Below, piece after piece: positions 39,101 through 49,513 of a stretch of DNA of 64,000 nucleotides. The translations under genes were made by a program, and so were the position numbers. The DNA comes from an uncultured Pseudomonadota bacterium. Lineage in GTDB: Bacteria > Pseudomonadota > Alphaproteobacteria > Rhizobiales > Beijerinckiaceae. The stretch lies in assembly GCA_963807735.1 (NCBI GenBank), contig CAWEDI010000001.1, positions 1 to 64,000 on the forward strand, in the 5' to 3' direction. Below the pieces are notes generated by a model. That model saw nothing but the letters and a program-made list of their open reading frames with translations, was not told the DNA's origin and searched no databases. Every line of letters starts with the position of its first letter. Position 1 is the stretch's first letter.

Positions 39101-40827
39101 AGGCGCTTGCGACGTGCGTTGCCTTCGAGGTCGAGAATATTTGGCCGCGGGCCGATGAACGAGACGAGACTCATCACGAGCTCCTCGCGGATCGGGTCGA
39201 TGGGCGGGTTCGTCACCTGCGCAAAGTTCTGCTTGAAATAAGTGTAGAGGAGCTTCGACTTATCGGACAAAGCCGAGATTGGCGTGTCGGTACCCATCGA
39301 CCCGACCGCCTCCTGACCCGTGGCCGCCATCGGCGCCATGAGGATTGCGAGGTCTTCCTGGCTGTAGCCAAACGCCTGCTGACGGTCGAGCAATGAAACA
39401 TCGGTGCGCGACGCGCGCGGCTCGACGGGGTTCAGTTCCTCGAGCACGATCTGCGTACGATCAAGCCAGTCCTTGTAAGGGTGCGCCTTCGACAACGATG
39501 CTTTGAGCTCATCATCGGAGATGATGCGGTGTTCTTGCAGATCGACGAGCAGCATCTTGCCCGGCTGCAATCGCCACTTCTGCACAATCGATTCTTCCGA
39601 CACAGGCAGCACGCCCATTTCGGACGCGAGCACGACAAGGCCGTCGTCGGTCACGAAGTAACGGGCAGGCCGCAAGCCATTCCGGTCGAGAGTGGCCCCG
39701 ATTTGTCGCCCGTCGGTAAAGGCCATCGCTGCGGGGCCGTCCCAAGGCTCCATTATTGCCGCGTGATATTCGTAGAACGCGCGACGTTCATCACCCATGA
39801 GAGGATTGCCACTCCAAGCTTCCGGGATCAGCATCATCATTGCATGGGTCAGCGAATAACCTCCGCGCACGAGGAACTCGAGCGCATTGTCGAAACAAGC
39901 GGTGTCAGATTGCCCCTCGTAGGAGATCGGCCAAAGCTTCGAAATGTCATTGCCGAACAGTTCGGAATCGACATTCGCCTGTCGCGCCGCCATCCAATTA
40001 ACGTTCCCGCGCAATGTGTTGATCTCGCCATTGTGCGCGACCAAGCGATAAGGGTGGGCGAGCCGCCAAGACGGAAACGTGTTGGTGGCGAAGCGCTGAT
40101 GTACAAGCGCGAGAGCCGTCTCGAATTGAGGATCTAGCAGATCCTTGTAGTACGGGCCAAGTTGCTGCACGAGCACCATGCCCTTATATACAATCGTTCG
40201 ACACGACATTGAGACCGGGTAATATTCGGCGATTGCGGGGCTACCCAATTCATAAGTGCGATTGGACACAACCTTGCGGACGAGAAAGACGCGTCGTTCG
40301 AAAGTGTCTTCGTCTTCGACGCCAGCGCCGCGACCGACGAACACTTGACGGTGGACGGGTTCGACGGCCTTAACGCGCGGGCCGAGGGTCGCATTGTCAA
40401 CAGGTACGTCACGCCAGCCGAGCAATTTCTGCCCTTCCGCTGAAATCGCTTGCTCGACGATCTTTTCGACCCGCGCGCGCGCGTCCGCGTCGCGCGGCAT
40501 GAAAAACTGTCCGATAGCGTAGTGGCCCGGCCCAGGAAGCGTGAATCCGAGTTTGGCGCACTCTTCCGCGAAGAAGCCGTGGGGAATCTGCGTCAGCACG
40601 CCGCAACCGTCGCCGAGCGTCGCATCCGCGCCGGTCGCCCCGCGGTGGTCGAGGTTGAGTAGAATCTGCAGGCCTTTCTCGAGGATCGCGTGCGATTTCC
40701 GATTGTGTAGATCGGCCACGAAGCCGACGCCGCACGAATCATGTTCTCTCGCAGGGTCATAAAGACCGACCGCACGGGGGAAGAACGGGTCGGAGCCGAG
40801 CCGAGCCGGGGCAAGCTTCTCGTTCAT
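36157..40827 (-). CDS. gltB: Glutamate synthase (NADPH) large subunit
   Basis: 1556 aa. N-terminal amidotransferase Cys ([10 protein letters not shown]), FMN/Fe-S and GXGXG domains. Confidence 0.97.
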   Translation of the reverse strand: MNEKLAPARLGSDPFFPRAVGLYDPAREHDSCGVGFVADLHNRKSHAILEKGLQILLNLDHRGATGADATLGDGCGVLTQIPHGFFAEECAKLGFTLPGPGHYAIGQFFMPRDADARARVEKIVEQAISAEGQKLLGWRDVPVDNATLGPRVKAVEPVHRQVFVGRGAGVEDEDTFERRVFLVRKVVSNRTYELGSPAIAEYYPVSMSCRTIVYKGMVLVQQLGPYYKDLLDPQFETALALVHQRFATNTFPSWRLAHPYRLVAHNGEINTLRGNVNWMAARQANVDSELFGNDISKLWPISYEGQSDTACFDNALEFLVRGGYSLTHAMMMLIPEAWSGNPLMGDERRAFYEYHAAIMEPWDGPAAMAFTDGRQIGATLDRNGLRPARYFVTDDGLVVLASEMGVLPVSEESIVQKWRLQPGKMLLVDLQEHRIISDDELKASLSKAHPYKDWLDRTQIVLEELNPVEPRASRTDVSLLDRQQAFGYSQEDLAILMAPMAATGQEAVGSMGTDTPISALSDKSKLLYTYFKQNFAQVTNPPIDPIREELVMSLVSFIGPRPNILDLEGNARRKRLEVRQPILTNEDLEKIRCIGHFEDSFDTKTIDITYDVGRGAAGMEDALLRICERAESAVVGRYNIIILSDRMVGPDRIPIPSLLATAAVHHHLIRKGLRTSVGLVVETGDAREVHHFCCLAGYGAEAINPYLAFETLAAMAGDLPEKISAHEVVKRFIKSIDKGLLKVMSKMGISTYQSYCGAQIFDAIGLSKAFVDKFFFGTATTIEGVGLLDVAGETTRRHRDAFGDSPVLRGALEVGGEYAYRLRGEAHNWSPQTVALLQHAVRGNARDKYDAYVKLLNDQSEQLLTIRGLFRIKSADEDGRKPVPINEVESAVDIVKRFSTGAMSYGSISREAHTTLAIAMNRIGGKSNTGEGGEESDRYKRMANGDSMRSAIKQVASGRFGVTAEYLVNSDMMQIKMAQGAKPGEGGQLPGHKVDAVIAKVRHSTQGVGLISPPPHHDIYSIEDLKQLVYDLKNVNPQALVSVKLVSEVGVGTVAAGVAKCKSDHVTISGYEGGTGASPLTSIKHAGSPWEIGLAETHQTLVMNGLRARIAVQVDGGVRTGRDVVIGALLGADEFGFATAPLIAAGCIMMRKCHLNTCPVGVATQDPVLRKRFVGQPEHVINFFFFVAEEVRELMALLGYRSFNEIVGQRQMLDKTNLIERAKAKGLDFSKLFYKPEPWPSDGIYHATSQDHQLENVLDRKFIAQAKDALESGKHIRLDMRIANSDRSAGAMLSGEIARRYGHTGLRDGMIHIKLRGTAGQSFGAFLAKGVTLELEGDGNDYVGKGLSGGRIIVYPPKEAVRLTPDRSIIVGNTVLYGAISGECYFRGVAGERFAVRNSGAIAVVEGAGDHGCEYMTGGVIVVIGETGRNFAAGMSGGIAYVLDETGNFSERCNMSMVELEPVAAEEEVMQRHLHSGGDLLSHGRVDVMGDMSRHDAERLHQLIGNHARFTESTRARHILENWEVYLPKFRKVMPVEYRRALAELAAQGGAAVAAE

Positions 40828-41200
40828 CTCTCCACTCCTTTAGCCCCGACGCACAGGCGTCGGATGCGCTAGCACAAATTTGTCGATCGCTAATTCAACA
40901 AGTAAGGACAAATTGCCGAAGTTGACGAAGGTGCTCGCCAACTCAGGCGGATCGTTTCCGAGATTTCTCATCGTGTGCGGCGTTCGCCATCTTCACGTCC
41001 CTCAGGGCCCACATTGGGTGCGGGCCATCCAAATAGGTCAGCAAGGCTGTCCTATTTCCTGCGACTGTGCCAGAAAGGTTTCCTCTGCACAAGGACATGC
41101 ACCCACTTCTTGCGAACTTTTTTAGTCGGGGATGCCGCGTTACATTATTCGTGTCGTCGAATAGGTCTTGCATGGGTCGGGCCAAAGGGAGTGTAAAGAC

Positions 41201-42259
41201 TTGAATTTCGCAAGCGACAATGCGTCGGGCGCCGCACCGGAAGTTCTTGCAGCCGTCGTGTCCGCAAACGATGGGGCTACCCCAGCTTATGGGGCGGATG
41301 TGTGGACGCAACGCGCAGTTGCGCAGCTCACCGAGATATTCGAGACAGACCTAACCGCCTACCTTGTTGCGACCGGGACCGCCGCCAATTCCTTGGCTCT
41401 TGCGGCGCTGACTAAGCCCTGGGAGGCGGTCTTCTGTCACGAAGAGGCCCACATCCATGACGACGAATGCGGGGCGCCTGAATTTTTTACGAGCGGCGCC
41501 AAAATTGTCGGCATTCCGGGGTTTTGTGGCAAGCTGACTCCCGCAGCGCTTAAAGAGACCCTCGCGCGGTTTCCCCGCGGCCTTGTCAAATCCAATCAGC
41601 CGGCTTGCCTGACCTTAAGCCAAGTCACCGAAGCCGGCACGGTCTACACGCTCGACGAATTGCGCGCGCTTGCGGGAACGGCCCATTCCGAGGGCCTTTC
41701 CGTCCACATGGACGGCGCGCGGTTCGCTAACGCACTTGTTTCTCTGAAATGTTCACCCGCAGAGATGTCGTGGCGCATCGGCGTCGACGCACTTTCTTTC
41801 GGGGCCACTAAGAACGGGGCACTCGCATGCGAGGCGGTTGTGTTCTTCGGCAAAGAGTACGGTGAGGGGCTTCCTTTTTTGCGAAAGCGCGGCGGCCACA
41901 CGCTTTCCAAAGGGCGCGTTCTCGGCGCCCAGATGTCGGCGTATCTCGAACGTGGCCTTTGGCTCGCTCTCGCCGGCCGCGCCAACGCGGCGGCGCAGCG
42001 TCTCGTCGAGAGCTTGGTCGCGACGCCTGGCATTCGCGCGCCGTGGCCTACTGAGGCCAATGAGGTCTTCGTGATCGCGCCTTCGGCTCAAGTCGAGAGG
42101 TGGCGCGCAGCCGGAGCGGACTTTCACGATTGGCCGACCCGAGGCGTCCCTGAGGATCGCGCCCCGCGTACGGGCGAAACGATGATCCGCTTGGTAACCT
42201 CGTTCGACACATCCGAACGAGAAATCGAATCGTTTCTCGCCCTATCGCGCTCGTCGTAA
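41201..42259 (+). CDS. ltaE: Low-specificity L-threonine aldolase (beta-eliminating lyase family)
   Basis: NFASDN..., ATGTAANSLAL, FGATKNG (PLP Lys). TTG start after GGGAG. Confidence 0.85.
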   Translation: MNFASDNASGAAPEVLAAVVSANDGATPAYGADVWTQRAVAQLTEIFETDLTAYLVATGTAANSLALAALTKPWEAVFCHEEAHIHDDECGAPEFFTSGAKIVGIPGFCGKLTPAALKETLARFPRGLVKSNQPACLTLSQVTEAGTVYTLDELRALAGTAHSEGLSVHMDGARFANALVSLKCSPAEMSWRIGVDALSFGATKNGALACEAVVFFGKEYGEGLPFLRKRGGHTLSKGRVLGAQMSAYLERGLWLALAGRANAAAQRLVESLVATPGIRAPWPTEANEVFVIAPSAQVERWRAAGADFHDWPTRGVPEDRAPRTGETMIRLVTSFDTSEREIESFLALSRSS

Positions 42260-42336
42260 TATATTGTCCTAACGAAGCCTTAATTTCGGGGGAAGGTCTA
42301 GCTGTCCCCTGGTCGCGATTTTTAGGAGAGCCCGTC

Positions 42337-43218
42337 ATGATTATCCGCTTCGCGGCGACGTCGAGGCTGGCGCTCGCGGTTGCGCTGGTCGTCGCTACCC
42401 CTGCGGCGGCCCAAAGCTTCTTCTCGTATTATGAAATGTCGCCAAGGCAAATCGCCGGGATGCTTGCCGACGACGGTTATGAGATTCGCGGCCCGATGTA
42501 CCGGCGTGGCGACGTTTATATTTGTGATGTGATCTCTGTTTCGGGGCGGCCGGCGCGATTGATCGTGGACGCTCATGATGGTCATGTCGTCGAGCGCTTC
42601 GCGTCAGCGCCACGTTGGCGTTATTCGACGGAGGATGAATCGCTCCGTCCGCCCCGCAATATTGGCGGAGGCGATGACAGACAAGCAGACCAAGACGAAC
42701 GTTCTGCACCCCACCGTAGCGATCTGACGCTTGGCGATGTTCTCGGTCCGCAGACGCGGGTCTATGGTAATGATAATTTGCTGTCCCAGAAACCGCCGTC
42801 ACCCTCGATTGTTCCAGATGAATCCGCCGCACCCAAGCCGAAACATAGCGCAGTAAAGAAGCATCGACCGTCCAGCGTAGCCAAGGCAATTCCTGTCGTT
42901 CCTGAAACCACCCCGAGCCCGGAAGTCCCGACGCCCGCGGCAGTGGCGCCCTCGTCCGTTGCCGCCGTTGCGCCCAACGGAGCCGGGGACGTGAAGAAGT
43001 CCACCGAGGAGGCCGCGAGACCGGCCCCAACGGTCGCAGCGAAGCCTGCAGCCGAGCTTGCGCCCACGCCAGCGGCTTCGCCTAAGCCGGGTCAGAGCAA
43101 GCCTGAGACGGAAAAGCATACCGTTAGCGAAGCAGAGCGAGCGCCGGCCCCAGAGAAACCGAAGGTCGATCCCGCGCACAAGAAGATAAACGACCTGCCC
43201 GTGGGCACATTGGAGTGA
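42337..43218 (+). CDS. Secreted PepSY-like domain protein with a long Pro/Ala/Ser-rich tail
   Basis: Signal peptide ending PAAAQS. DDGYEIRGPMYRRGDVYICDV...AHDGHVVERF. Confidence 0.6.
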   Translation: MIIRFAATSRLALAVALVVATPAAAQSFFSYYEMSPRQIAGMLADDGYEIRGPMYRRGDVYICDVISVSGRPARLIVDAHDGHVVERFASAPRWRYSTEDESLRPPRNIGGGDDRQADQDERSAPHRSDLTLGDVLGPQTRVYGNDNLLSQKPPSPSIVPDESAAPKPKHSAVKKHRPSSVAKAIPVVPETTPSPEVPTPAAVAPSSVAAVAPNGAGDVKKSTEEAARPAPTVAAKPAAELAPTPAASPKPGQSKPETEKHTVSEAERAPAPEKPKVDPAHKKINDLPVGTLE

Positions 43219-43304
43219 GATCAAAGCACCATGTCCGCGCAGTTCTAAAAGCCGAATCGCGCGGCGGGTCGGAGATTCGCTGCGGTTCGCTGGACCAGCT
43301 TTTG

Positions 43305-44291
43305 TCAGCCGACTTTGACGGTCCGTCCGGTCTTCCATGATTGATAGGCCGCGTCGGCGAGGAGCAGCGCCTGAAGGCCGTCATGACCGCTCGGCTTTGT
43401 TTCTTGTCCCGACTTCACGGCCATTACGAACGCGTTCAGTTCACTTCGGTACGCCGCGTCATAACGCTCGAGGAAGAAATTGAGGGCTTTGTCCGCAGTA
43501 TAGCCTTGAGCACCGGCGTGCTCAACGGTCGTCTCGCGCACGTTTCCGGCGGCGACCATGCCCGTCGAGCCATGCACCTCGGCTCGCTGGTCATAGCCAT
43601 AGCTGGCTCGGCGGGAGTTGGAGATCTCGCATACCTTACCCGATTTGGTTTGCAGGAGCACTACCGCCGTATCGACATCGCCCGCCTCGCCAATGGCGGG
43701 GTCCACCAGAGAGGCGCCAAAAGCGGACACGGCGACCGGTTCCTCGCCAAGCAGAAACCGCGCCATGTCGAAATCGTGGATCATCATGTCGCGGAACAGG
43801 CCGCCCGATCGTTCGATATAGGAGACCGGCGGCGGCGAAGGGTCGCGAGAAGTAATCTGGACGATCTCCACTTCGCCAACGGCTCCCTGCGCGATCCGCT
43901 TTTGCAAACTCGCGAAATTTGGGTCGAAACGACGGTTGAAGCCGATCATCAGCTTAGCCTTGTGCGCCCTTACCACTTCGAGGCACGCGCGTACCCGGTC
44001 AGTCGAGAGGTCGACAGGCTTCTCGCAAAATATCGCTTTGCCAGCCTTGGCGCAGCGCTCGATCAGGTCGGCGTGGGTGTCCGTCGGAGAGCAGATCGCC
44101 ACAGCGTCAATGTCTTTTGCTGCTATGATGTCTTCGATAGAGCCAACTTTGCCGCCCGTCGCAGCCGCCAACGCCGTTGACGCGCCAGCGTCGGCGTCGG
44201 CCACAAGCAGCACAGAACAGTCCACATGCTTCGCGATATTGCTGCCGTGGATCTTACCAATACGCCCTGCTCCGATCACCCCGAATCGCAT
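43305..44291 (-). CDS. Gfo/Idh/MocA oxidoreductase (inositol 2-dehydrogenase-like)
   Basis: MRFGVIGAGRIGKIH..., FCEKPV. Confidence 0.8.
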   Translation of the reverse strand: MRFGVIGAGRIGKIHGSNIAKHVDCSVLLVADADAGASTALAAATGGKVGSIEDIIAAKDIDAVAICSPTDTHADLIERCAKAGKAIFCEKPVDLSTDRVRACLEVVRAHKAKLMIGFNRRFDPNFASLQKRIAQGAVGEVEIVQITSRDPSPPPVSYIERSGGLFRDMMIHDFDMARFLLGEEPVAVSAFGASLVDPAIGEAGDVDTAVVLLQTKSGKVCEISNSRRASYGYDQRAEVHGSTGMVAAGNVRETTVEHAGAQGYTADKALNFFLERYDAAYRSELNAFVMAVKSGQETKPSGHDGLQALLLADAAYQSWKTGRTVKVG

Positions 44292-44659
44292 CTAAACCTC
44301 CCTGCCTTATGGTTCAAACAGAAGAATATATGATCCATCAAGAATTTTAAATAGAATTTTCGTTTCATTTCGGTGTAGCCGAACGAGACTATCGCCGCAG
44401 GCGTCAATACGGCTCTGGTTGGACGTGGTCGCTTCGAAGTTTCCGCGCGCCCGGATGGAGAGGCGGCGCGGAAGGTCCTCCGAGACCGCACTGTCTCGAT
44501 TTGGTTGAACCCCGAGAATCCGTGGCTCTCAGAGTGAACAGCGCCGGCGGGGCTAGCGCTCGCCCTTTGCCGGAATTGGCGTATACTCAGCCGCAATCGT
44601 TCCGGAGTTCTGGTTTGCTCCCTTCGCCGTTGTTCTGGCCTATATCGCGCTCGGTCAAG

Positions 44660-44845
44660 TTGGCCGCGGCGGCGTTAGTCATGCTAGCTTTGCAGAGTTG
44701 CGGCCGTTACGGCCCGCTCGAACCTCCCGAGACGGCTGCAAACGCCAACAATCCCGAGAACCGCCATGATCTCGATCTGCACCGCGCGAACCAGCCGATC
44801 ACGCCGCCGAAAAAGGACTTCATGCTCGACCCGCTGCTGCAATAA
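44660..44845 (+). CDS. Small lipoprotein upstream of lysA (LptM/YifL-like position)
   Basis: Lipobox-like LALQSC followed by GRYGPLEPP. The start (TTG 44660) is uncertain. Confidence 0.4.
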   Translation: MAAAALVMLALQSCGRYGPLEPPETAANANNPENRHDLDLHRANQPITPPKKDFMLDPLLQ

Positions 44846-44872
44846 ACGTTTTTTAAGTTAGTCGGACCCCCT

Positions 44873-46141
44873 ATGCAGAATTTCGAGTACCGCGATAGCC
44901 GGCTATACGCCGAACACGTTGACCTGGCTGAAATCGCAGCGAGGGTCGGAACGCCGTTCTATTGCTACTCGACGGCCACATTGAGCCGTCACTTTCGGAT
45001 ATTCACGGACGCTTTCGCAGGCCAGGACGCACTCGTCTACTACGCGATGAAAGCGAATTCCAATCAGGCGGTTCTGAAGACACTGGCCGATCTCGGCGCG
45101 GGCATGGACGTCGTTTCGGAGGGCGAGTTGCGTCGTGCGCTTGTCGCCGGAACAAGCCCATCGAAAATCATATTCTCTGGGGTCGGAAAGTCTAAGGCAG
45201 AAATGGCATTGGGGCTCGAGGTCGGCATTCGCTGCTTCAATATCGAATCCGAACCGGAGCTTGAGGCCCTCTCCGAGGTCGCCGCGTCTCGAAACCAGCA
45301 AGCCCCCATTGCGATCCGAGTCAACCCGGACGTCGATGCCCGCACGCACGTCAAAATTTCCACCGGCAGATCGGAAAATAAATTCGGTGTTCCGATTTCA
45401 CGCGCCCGTGATGTTTATGCGCACGCGAGGCTTTTGCCGGGAATCAGGGTCGATGGCGTCGACATGCATATTGGCTCGCAAATCACCGATCTAGCTCCGT
45501 TCGATAACGCCTTCGCTCTCTTGGCTGAGTTTGTCGGCGCGCTGCGCGCCGACGGACACACGATTCACCATGTCGATCTCGGCGGCGGCCTGGGAATTCC
45601 TTACCATTTCGACAAAGCGCCACCGCCGCATCCGCGAAACTATGCAGAAATCGTCGCTCGCCGGACCCGGAGCCTGGGATGTCAAATTTTCCTGGAGCCC
45701 GGGCGCCTTATCGTGGGCAACGCCGGCATCCTGGTTACCAGCGTCATTTACGTCAAACGCGGTGAGGACAGGAATTTCGTGATCGTTGATGCAGCGATGA
45801 ACGATCTCATCCGGCCCACTCTATATGAAGCGTACCACGAAATTCTTCCCATTAACGCAGGGCGGCTCGATGATCCCCGTTTCGTGGCTGACGTCGTCGG
45901 GCCCGTGTGTGAGAGTGGCGATTTTCTGGCGCTCAATCGCGAAATGTTTGCGCCTCGAGCCGGCGATCTTCTTGCGGTGATGACCGCAGGCGCATACGGC
46001 GCCGTACAGGCGGGTACTTACAACACCAGGCGGCTTGTGCCGGAAGTTCTCGTAAATGTTGACGCTTACGCGATTGTCCGCCCGCGGCCGACATATGAGG
46101 AATTGATCGGCCTGGACAAACTTCCGCCCTGGTTGGCGTGA
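44873..46141 (+). CDS. lysA: Diaminopimelate decarboxylase
   Basis: 422 aa. YAMKAN (PLP Lys), HIGSQI, CESGD. Confidence 0.95.
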   Translation: MQNFEYRDSRLYAEHVDLAEIAARVGTPFYCYSTATLSRHFRIFTDAFAGQDALVYYAMKANSNQAVLKTLADLGAGMDVVSEGELRRALVAGTSPSKIIFSGVGKSKAEMALGLEVGIRCFNIESEPELEALSEVAASRNQQAPIAIRVNPDVDARTHVKISTGRSENKFGVPISRARDVYAHARLLPGIRVDGVDMHIGSQITDLAPFDNAFALLAEFVGALRADGHTIHHVDLGGGLGIPYHFDKAPPPHPRNYAEIVARRTRSLGCQIFLEPGRLIVGNAGILVTSVIYVKRGEDRNFVIVDAAMNDLIRPTLYEAYHEILPINAGRLDDPRFVADVVGPVCESGDFLALNREMFAPRAGDLLAVMTAGAYGAVQAGTYNTRRLVPEVLVNVDAYAIVRPRPTYEELIGLDKLPPWLA

Positions 46142-46185
46142 GGCTTAGACCACGCTGTCAGGGCGATTAGCGCTGAGCGACCGGA

Positions 46186-48642
46186 GTGTCCCGTTTGTCG
46201 CCTAATTCTCAAAACCAAGACCCCAAACTTACCGTCCTTCGACGCCGGGCCGCTCTGACGCTCGTGTGGGAGCGTCTCTGGCCACCGCTGGCTTTCGCCG
46301 GGGCGGTCGTGCTTTTGTTCGCGGCTGCCTCCTGGTCGGGGCTTTGGATCGAAGCGCCCCGTTATGCGCGTCCATTCGTCCTCGGACTCTTCGCGTTGGC
46401 TTTGGTCCTAGCGCTGGCGCCACTGGTTAGGGTCAGGTGGCCCGGGCAAAGGCAACTGCTGGCGCGTCTCGATCGAGACGCGCCCTTCGGTCACAGCCCC
46501 GCCACGGGATTGGAAGATGCTCTCGCCAATGCGGGTGACGATCCGGCGACGCAAGCGCTCTGGGCCCTCCATAAGGAACGGTTGGCTCGAAATGTCGCCC
46601 AGTTGCGGGTTGCGCCCCCTGCTCCGAATCTGGCGGCGCGCGACCCCTATGCCCTGCGTTTCGTGGCGGTTCTATTGGCATTGATCGCGGCGTTCGCCGC
46701 AGGACCAGAACGCTTCGCCAGACTTGCCGCCGCCTTCGGGGGGCTGCCGGAGCTATCGAGCGCGGAAAGCATGCGCGTGGATGCCTGGATTGATCCACCC
46801 GCATACACAGGCAAACCGCCTATCTTTTTGAAGGTTTCAGACGCCGAGCGCATGAGGAGCGTCGTTGTGCCGGAGGATTCTGTTTTCGTCGTGCGGGCCG
46901 ATCCGAAGGTCTTCAGCATTACGGTAACCGGCATGCTTGCGAAGCCGGGCTCCTCTTCATCACAGGAGCGTCGATTTGAAATTCGCACTGACGGGACGGC
47001 AAAAATTATTCAAGGCACGGCGTTATTGGCCGAGGTTGCGATCAAGGTGTCGCCCAGAACGGCTCCATCGATCCGATTGCTCGATCCGCCGCAGAGCAAC
47101 ATTTCGGGTTCTTTGTCCTTGCATTATGCGATCGAGGATGCCTATGGCGTACGCGAAGCAAACAGCGTATTTTCGCTTGTCAAGCCAGACGGCAAAACGG
47201 CGTCCCACACTCTGTTCGGGCCGCCAGTGGCGACGCTGTCACTCCCCGAAGGCGCCAACGGAATTGGTGAGGCTCGTACCACTTTCGATCTTTCGGACCA
47301 CCCTTGGGCTGGCGCGCGCGTAAATATGACTCTGAAAGCGACGAGCGTGTCACGGTCGAGCGCGACAAGCCCGACTGTCGAGGTTACGTTGCCGCAGCGA
47401 CACTTCGCGAATCCATTGGCGAAGGCGTTGGTCGAGTTGCGCCGTGACCTTGTGCTCGATCCAGATCGCAGCAATATGCGCGTCTCGCGCGCGCTGGCAG
47501 CGTTTCGTCTTGGTCCGGACGTTTTCGATACCAGTCCGCGCGTCTATCTCGATCTTGGCGGAATCGAACGTCGCCTCAACGATGCGCACAATGACGACGA
47601 TCTTCGTGAGGTCGCCGCGTGGCTTTGGGCGCTGGCGCTCAGCATTGAAAATGGCGATGCTCCGGAGGCACTCAAGAATCTGCGCGCGGCCGAGGACAAG
47701 CTGCGCGAGGCGTTGCGCAAAGGCGCCAGCCCCTCTGAGCTCAAGGCGTTGACTGAGCGGCTGCGAGAGGCGGCCGAGCGTTACCTCGCCGAGCAGATGC
47801 GTAACGCAGACAAACAAGCGTTGGAAAACGACGCGCCGACGGATTCCAAGGATCTCGACGCGATGCTAGACCGCCTCGAGCAAGATACGCGGTCCGGCGC
47901 CAAAGAGGATGCGCAGGCGATGCTCGATGAGCTTCAAGAAATGACGGAGAATCTGCGCAGCGCGGAATCGAGCCAATCTAACCCGGCCGCGAAGCAGATG
48001 CGCGAGTCCCTTCGCAATCTTGGCCAGCTCTTGAAGGATCAACAAGCCCTGCGGGACGACACTTTCCGTCAGGATCAGAGAGAGCGATCAGGCGGCGCGC
48101 CGCCGGACGATGGCAAAGGACCCTCTTCACTGCAGGATCAGCAAAAGGCGTTGCGGGACCGACTGGAGCGCTTTGAAAAGCAACTACGAAGCTTGGGCGC
48201 CGAAGCGCCGAACAACCTTGATGACGCTGCAAAGGACATGCAGGACGCTGAGCGGAACCTGCAAGGCGATGGCGCTGAGGGAAAGGGTAAGCCCCAGCGC
48301 CGTTTCGGACACTCCGCCAAAGGCGACGCAGTTGACGCTCAGGGAAGAGCGATCGAGGCCCTGCGTCAGGGTCGGCAGTCGATGCAACAAAAGATGCGGG
48401 GGCAGGGCAAGGGAAAAGGTGGTTACGTCGGGATGTCGGGAACCAAACGCGGTGACAATGATGATCCGCTAGGTCGCGGCCAGGATGGCCGGAAGGGAGC
48501 GGCCGTAGGGGAGCTTGCGGGAGGTGCAGATCGTGCTGAGCGAGCTCGTCGCGTGCTGGAGGAGCTCCGCCGTCGCCTCGCTGATCCGAATCGCTCAGTT
48601 GACGAGCGCGACTACCTTGAGCGTCTTATCGGCCAGCCTTAA
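46186..48642 (+). CDS. TIGR02302/DUF4175-type alphaproteobacterial membrane protein
   Basis: N-terminal TM helices, a long C-terminal region and a Gln/Gly/Lys-rich low-complexity stretch (GQGKGKGGY). Conserved position after lysA. Confidence 0.75.
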   Translation: MSRLSPNSQNQDPKLTVLRRRAALTLVWERLWPPLAFAGAVVLLFAAASWSGLWIEAPRYARPFVLGLFALALVLALAPLVRVRWPGQRQLLARLDRDAPFGHSPATGLEDALANAGDDPATQALWALHKERLARNVAQLRVAPPAPNLAARDPYALRFVAVLLALIAAFAAGPERFARLAAAFGGLPELSSAESMRVDAWIDPPAYTGKPPIFLKVSDAERMRSVVVPEDSVFVVRADPKVFSITVTGMLAKPGSSSSQERRFEIRTDGTAKIIQGTALLAEVAIKVSPRTAPSIRLLDPPQSNISGSLSLHYAIEDAYGVREANSVFSLVKPDGKTASHTLFGPPVATLSLPEGANGIGEARTTFDLSDHPWAGARVNMTLKATSVSRSSATSPTVEVTLPQRHFANPLAKALVELRRDLVLDPDRSNMRVSRALAAFRLGPDVFDTSPRVYLDLGGIERRLNDAHNDDDLREVAAWLWALALSIENGDAPEALKNLRAAEDKLREALRKGASPSELKALTERLREAAERYLAEQMRNADKQALENDAPTDSKDLDAMLDRLEQDTRSGAKEDAQAMLDELQEMTENLRSAESSQSNPAAKQMRESLRNLGQLLKDQQALRDDTFRQDQRERSGGAPPDDGKGPSSLQDQQKALRDRLERFEKQLRSLGAEAPNNLDDAAKDMQDAERNLQGDGAEGKGKPQRRFGHSAKGDAVDAQGRAIEALRQGRQSMQQKMRGQGKGKGGYVGMSGTKRGDNDDPLGRGQDGRKGAAVGELAGGADRAERARRVLEELRRRLADPNRSVDERDYLERLIGQP

Positions 48643-48644
48643 TT

Positions 48645-49076
48645 TCAGAATGGCTTAACGATGACAAGAACAACAATGCCGATCATCAGAAGCGTCGGTA
48701 TCTCGTTGAGAATTCGGTAGAAGCGGGGCGACGCGGTGTTGCGGTCTTCCGCGAAAGCGCGCACCCGCCCGGCAAGATAGCCGTGAAAAGCGGACAAGAC
48801 AAGCGCGAGAGTCAGCTTGGCGTGGAGCCAGGGCGCGAGATAGTACTTGAAAGCATAGGCTATATATAGTCCAGTTAGCCAAACAATAATAAAAGCAGGA
48901 TTCATAATTCCTTTTAGGAGTCGTCGTTCCATGACTTTGAAGGTTTCGGAAGATTGAGAGCTTCTTTCGGCGTCCGCGTGATAAACAAACAAACGTGGTA
49001 GATATAGCATACCTGCCATCCAAGAGATCACGGCAATAACGTGGAGAGCTTTAATCCAAATCGCCAAGCTTTCCAT
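48645..49076 (-). CDS. hemJ: Protoporphyrinogen oxidase HemJ (TIGR00701 family)
   Basis: 143 aa, 4 TM. IKALHVIAVISWMAGMLYLPRLFVYH. Confidence 0.85.
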   Translation of the reverse strand: MESLAIWIKALHVIAVISWMAGMLYLPRLFVYHADAERSSQSSETFKVMERRLLKGIMNPAFIIVWLTGLYIAYAFKYYLAPWLHAKLTLALVLSAFHGYLAGRVRAFAEDRNTASPRFYRILNEIPTLLMIGIVVLVIVKPF

Positions 49077-49284
49077 GAACTTTATCCGTCTTTGCCTTTG
49101 GGTATATCTAATTGCCTATGATATTTAATCATATAGCATGGGCATTGGACAATATAAAGAGATTTTTAAGATGAGGTTTTATTAATAGGCTGTGGAAAAG
49201 ACTCATGGGGCCTTTGAATTGGATTTTCCCCAGACGGGCTAGCCGGTGAGCCAGGGCGCAGGCTTTCACAGGGCTGCGAGGTTA

Positions 49285-49299
49285 TTAATGGAATCTTAA
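49285..49299. promoter_or_regulatory. CtrA-box-like TTAA-N7-TTAA with an embedded GANTC
   Basis: TTAATGGAATCTTAA. A further TTAA follows after 5 nt. Confidence 0.45.
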
Positions 49300-49452
49300 T
49301 GATCTTAAAGGCTTCGTTAACAGGAAAACACAGTGAGGGAGCCGGGCGGTCGTTTTCCACACAGTCCACAGGCGTAGTGGCGTAGGCGGGGAACCGGCGT
49401 TAAACTGTGGACGAATTCAGGGCTTCGGGCAGGTGCGTGTGCGGAGCGGCGG

Positions 49453-49461
49453 TTATCCACA
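49453..49461 (+). promoter_or_regulatory. Consensus DnaA box TTATCCACA
   Basis: Exact 9/9 match. Confidence 0.7.
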
Positions 49462-49513
49462 TAGTTCCCCGCTTAGTTGAAATTGTAGGGGATAGGGCTG
49501 CGAGGGGGCTTGC

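Larger units (their letters stand above)
49077..49513. other. oriC: Probable chromosomal replication origin (oriC/Cori-type)
   Basis: AT-rich intergenic region between a haem-biosynthesis gene and the DUF299 (RP001-type) gene. DnaA boxes: perfect TTATCCACA at 49453-49461; TTTTCCACA at 49353-49361, immediately followed by CAGTCCACA; TGTGGAAAA at 49191-49199; TGTGGACGA at 49406-49414; TTTTCCCCA at 49224-49232. TTAA-N7-TTAA at 49285-49299. GANTC sites at 49200-49204 and 49291-49295. Confidence 0.7.
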
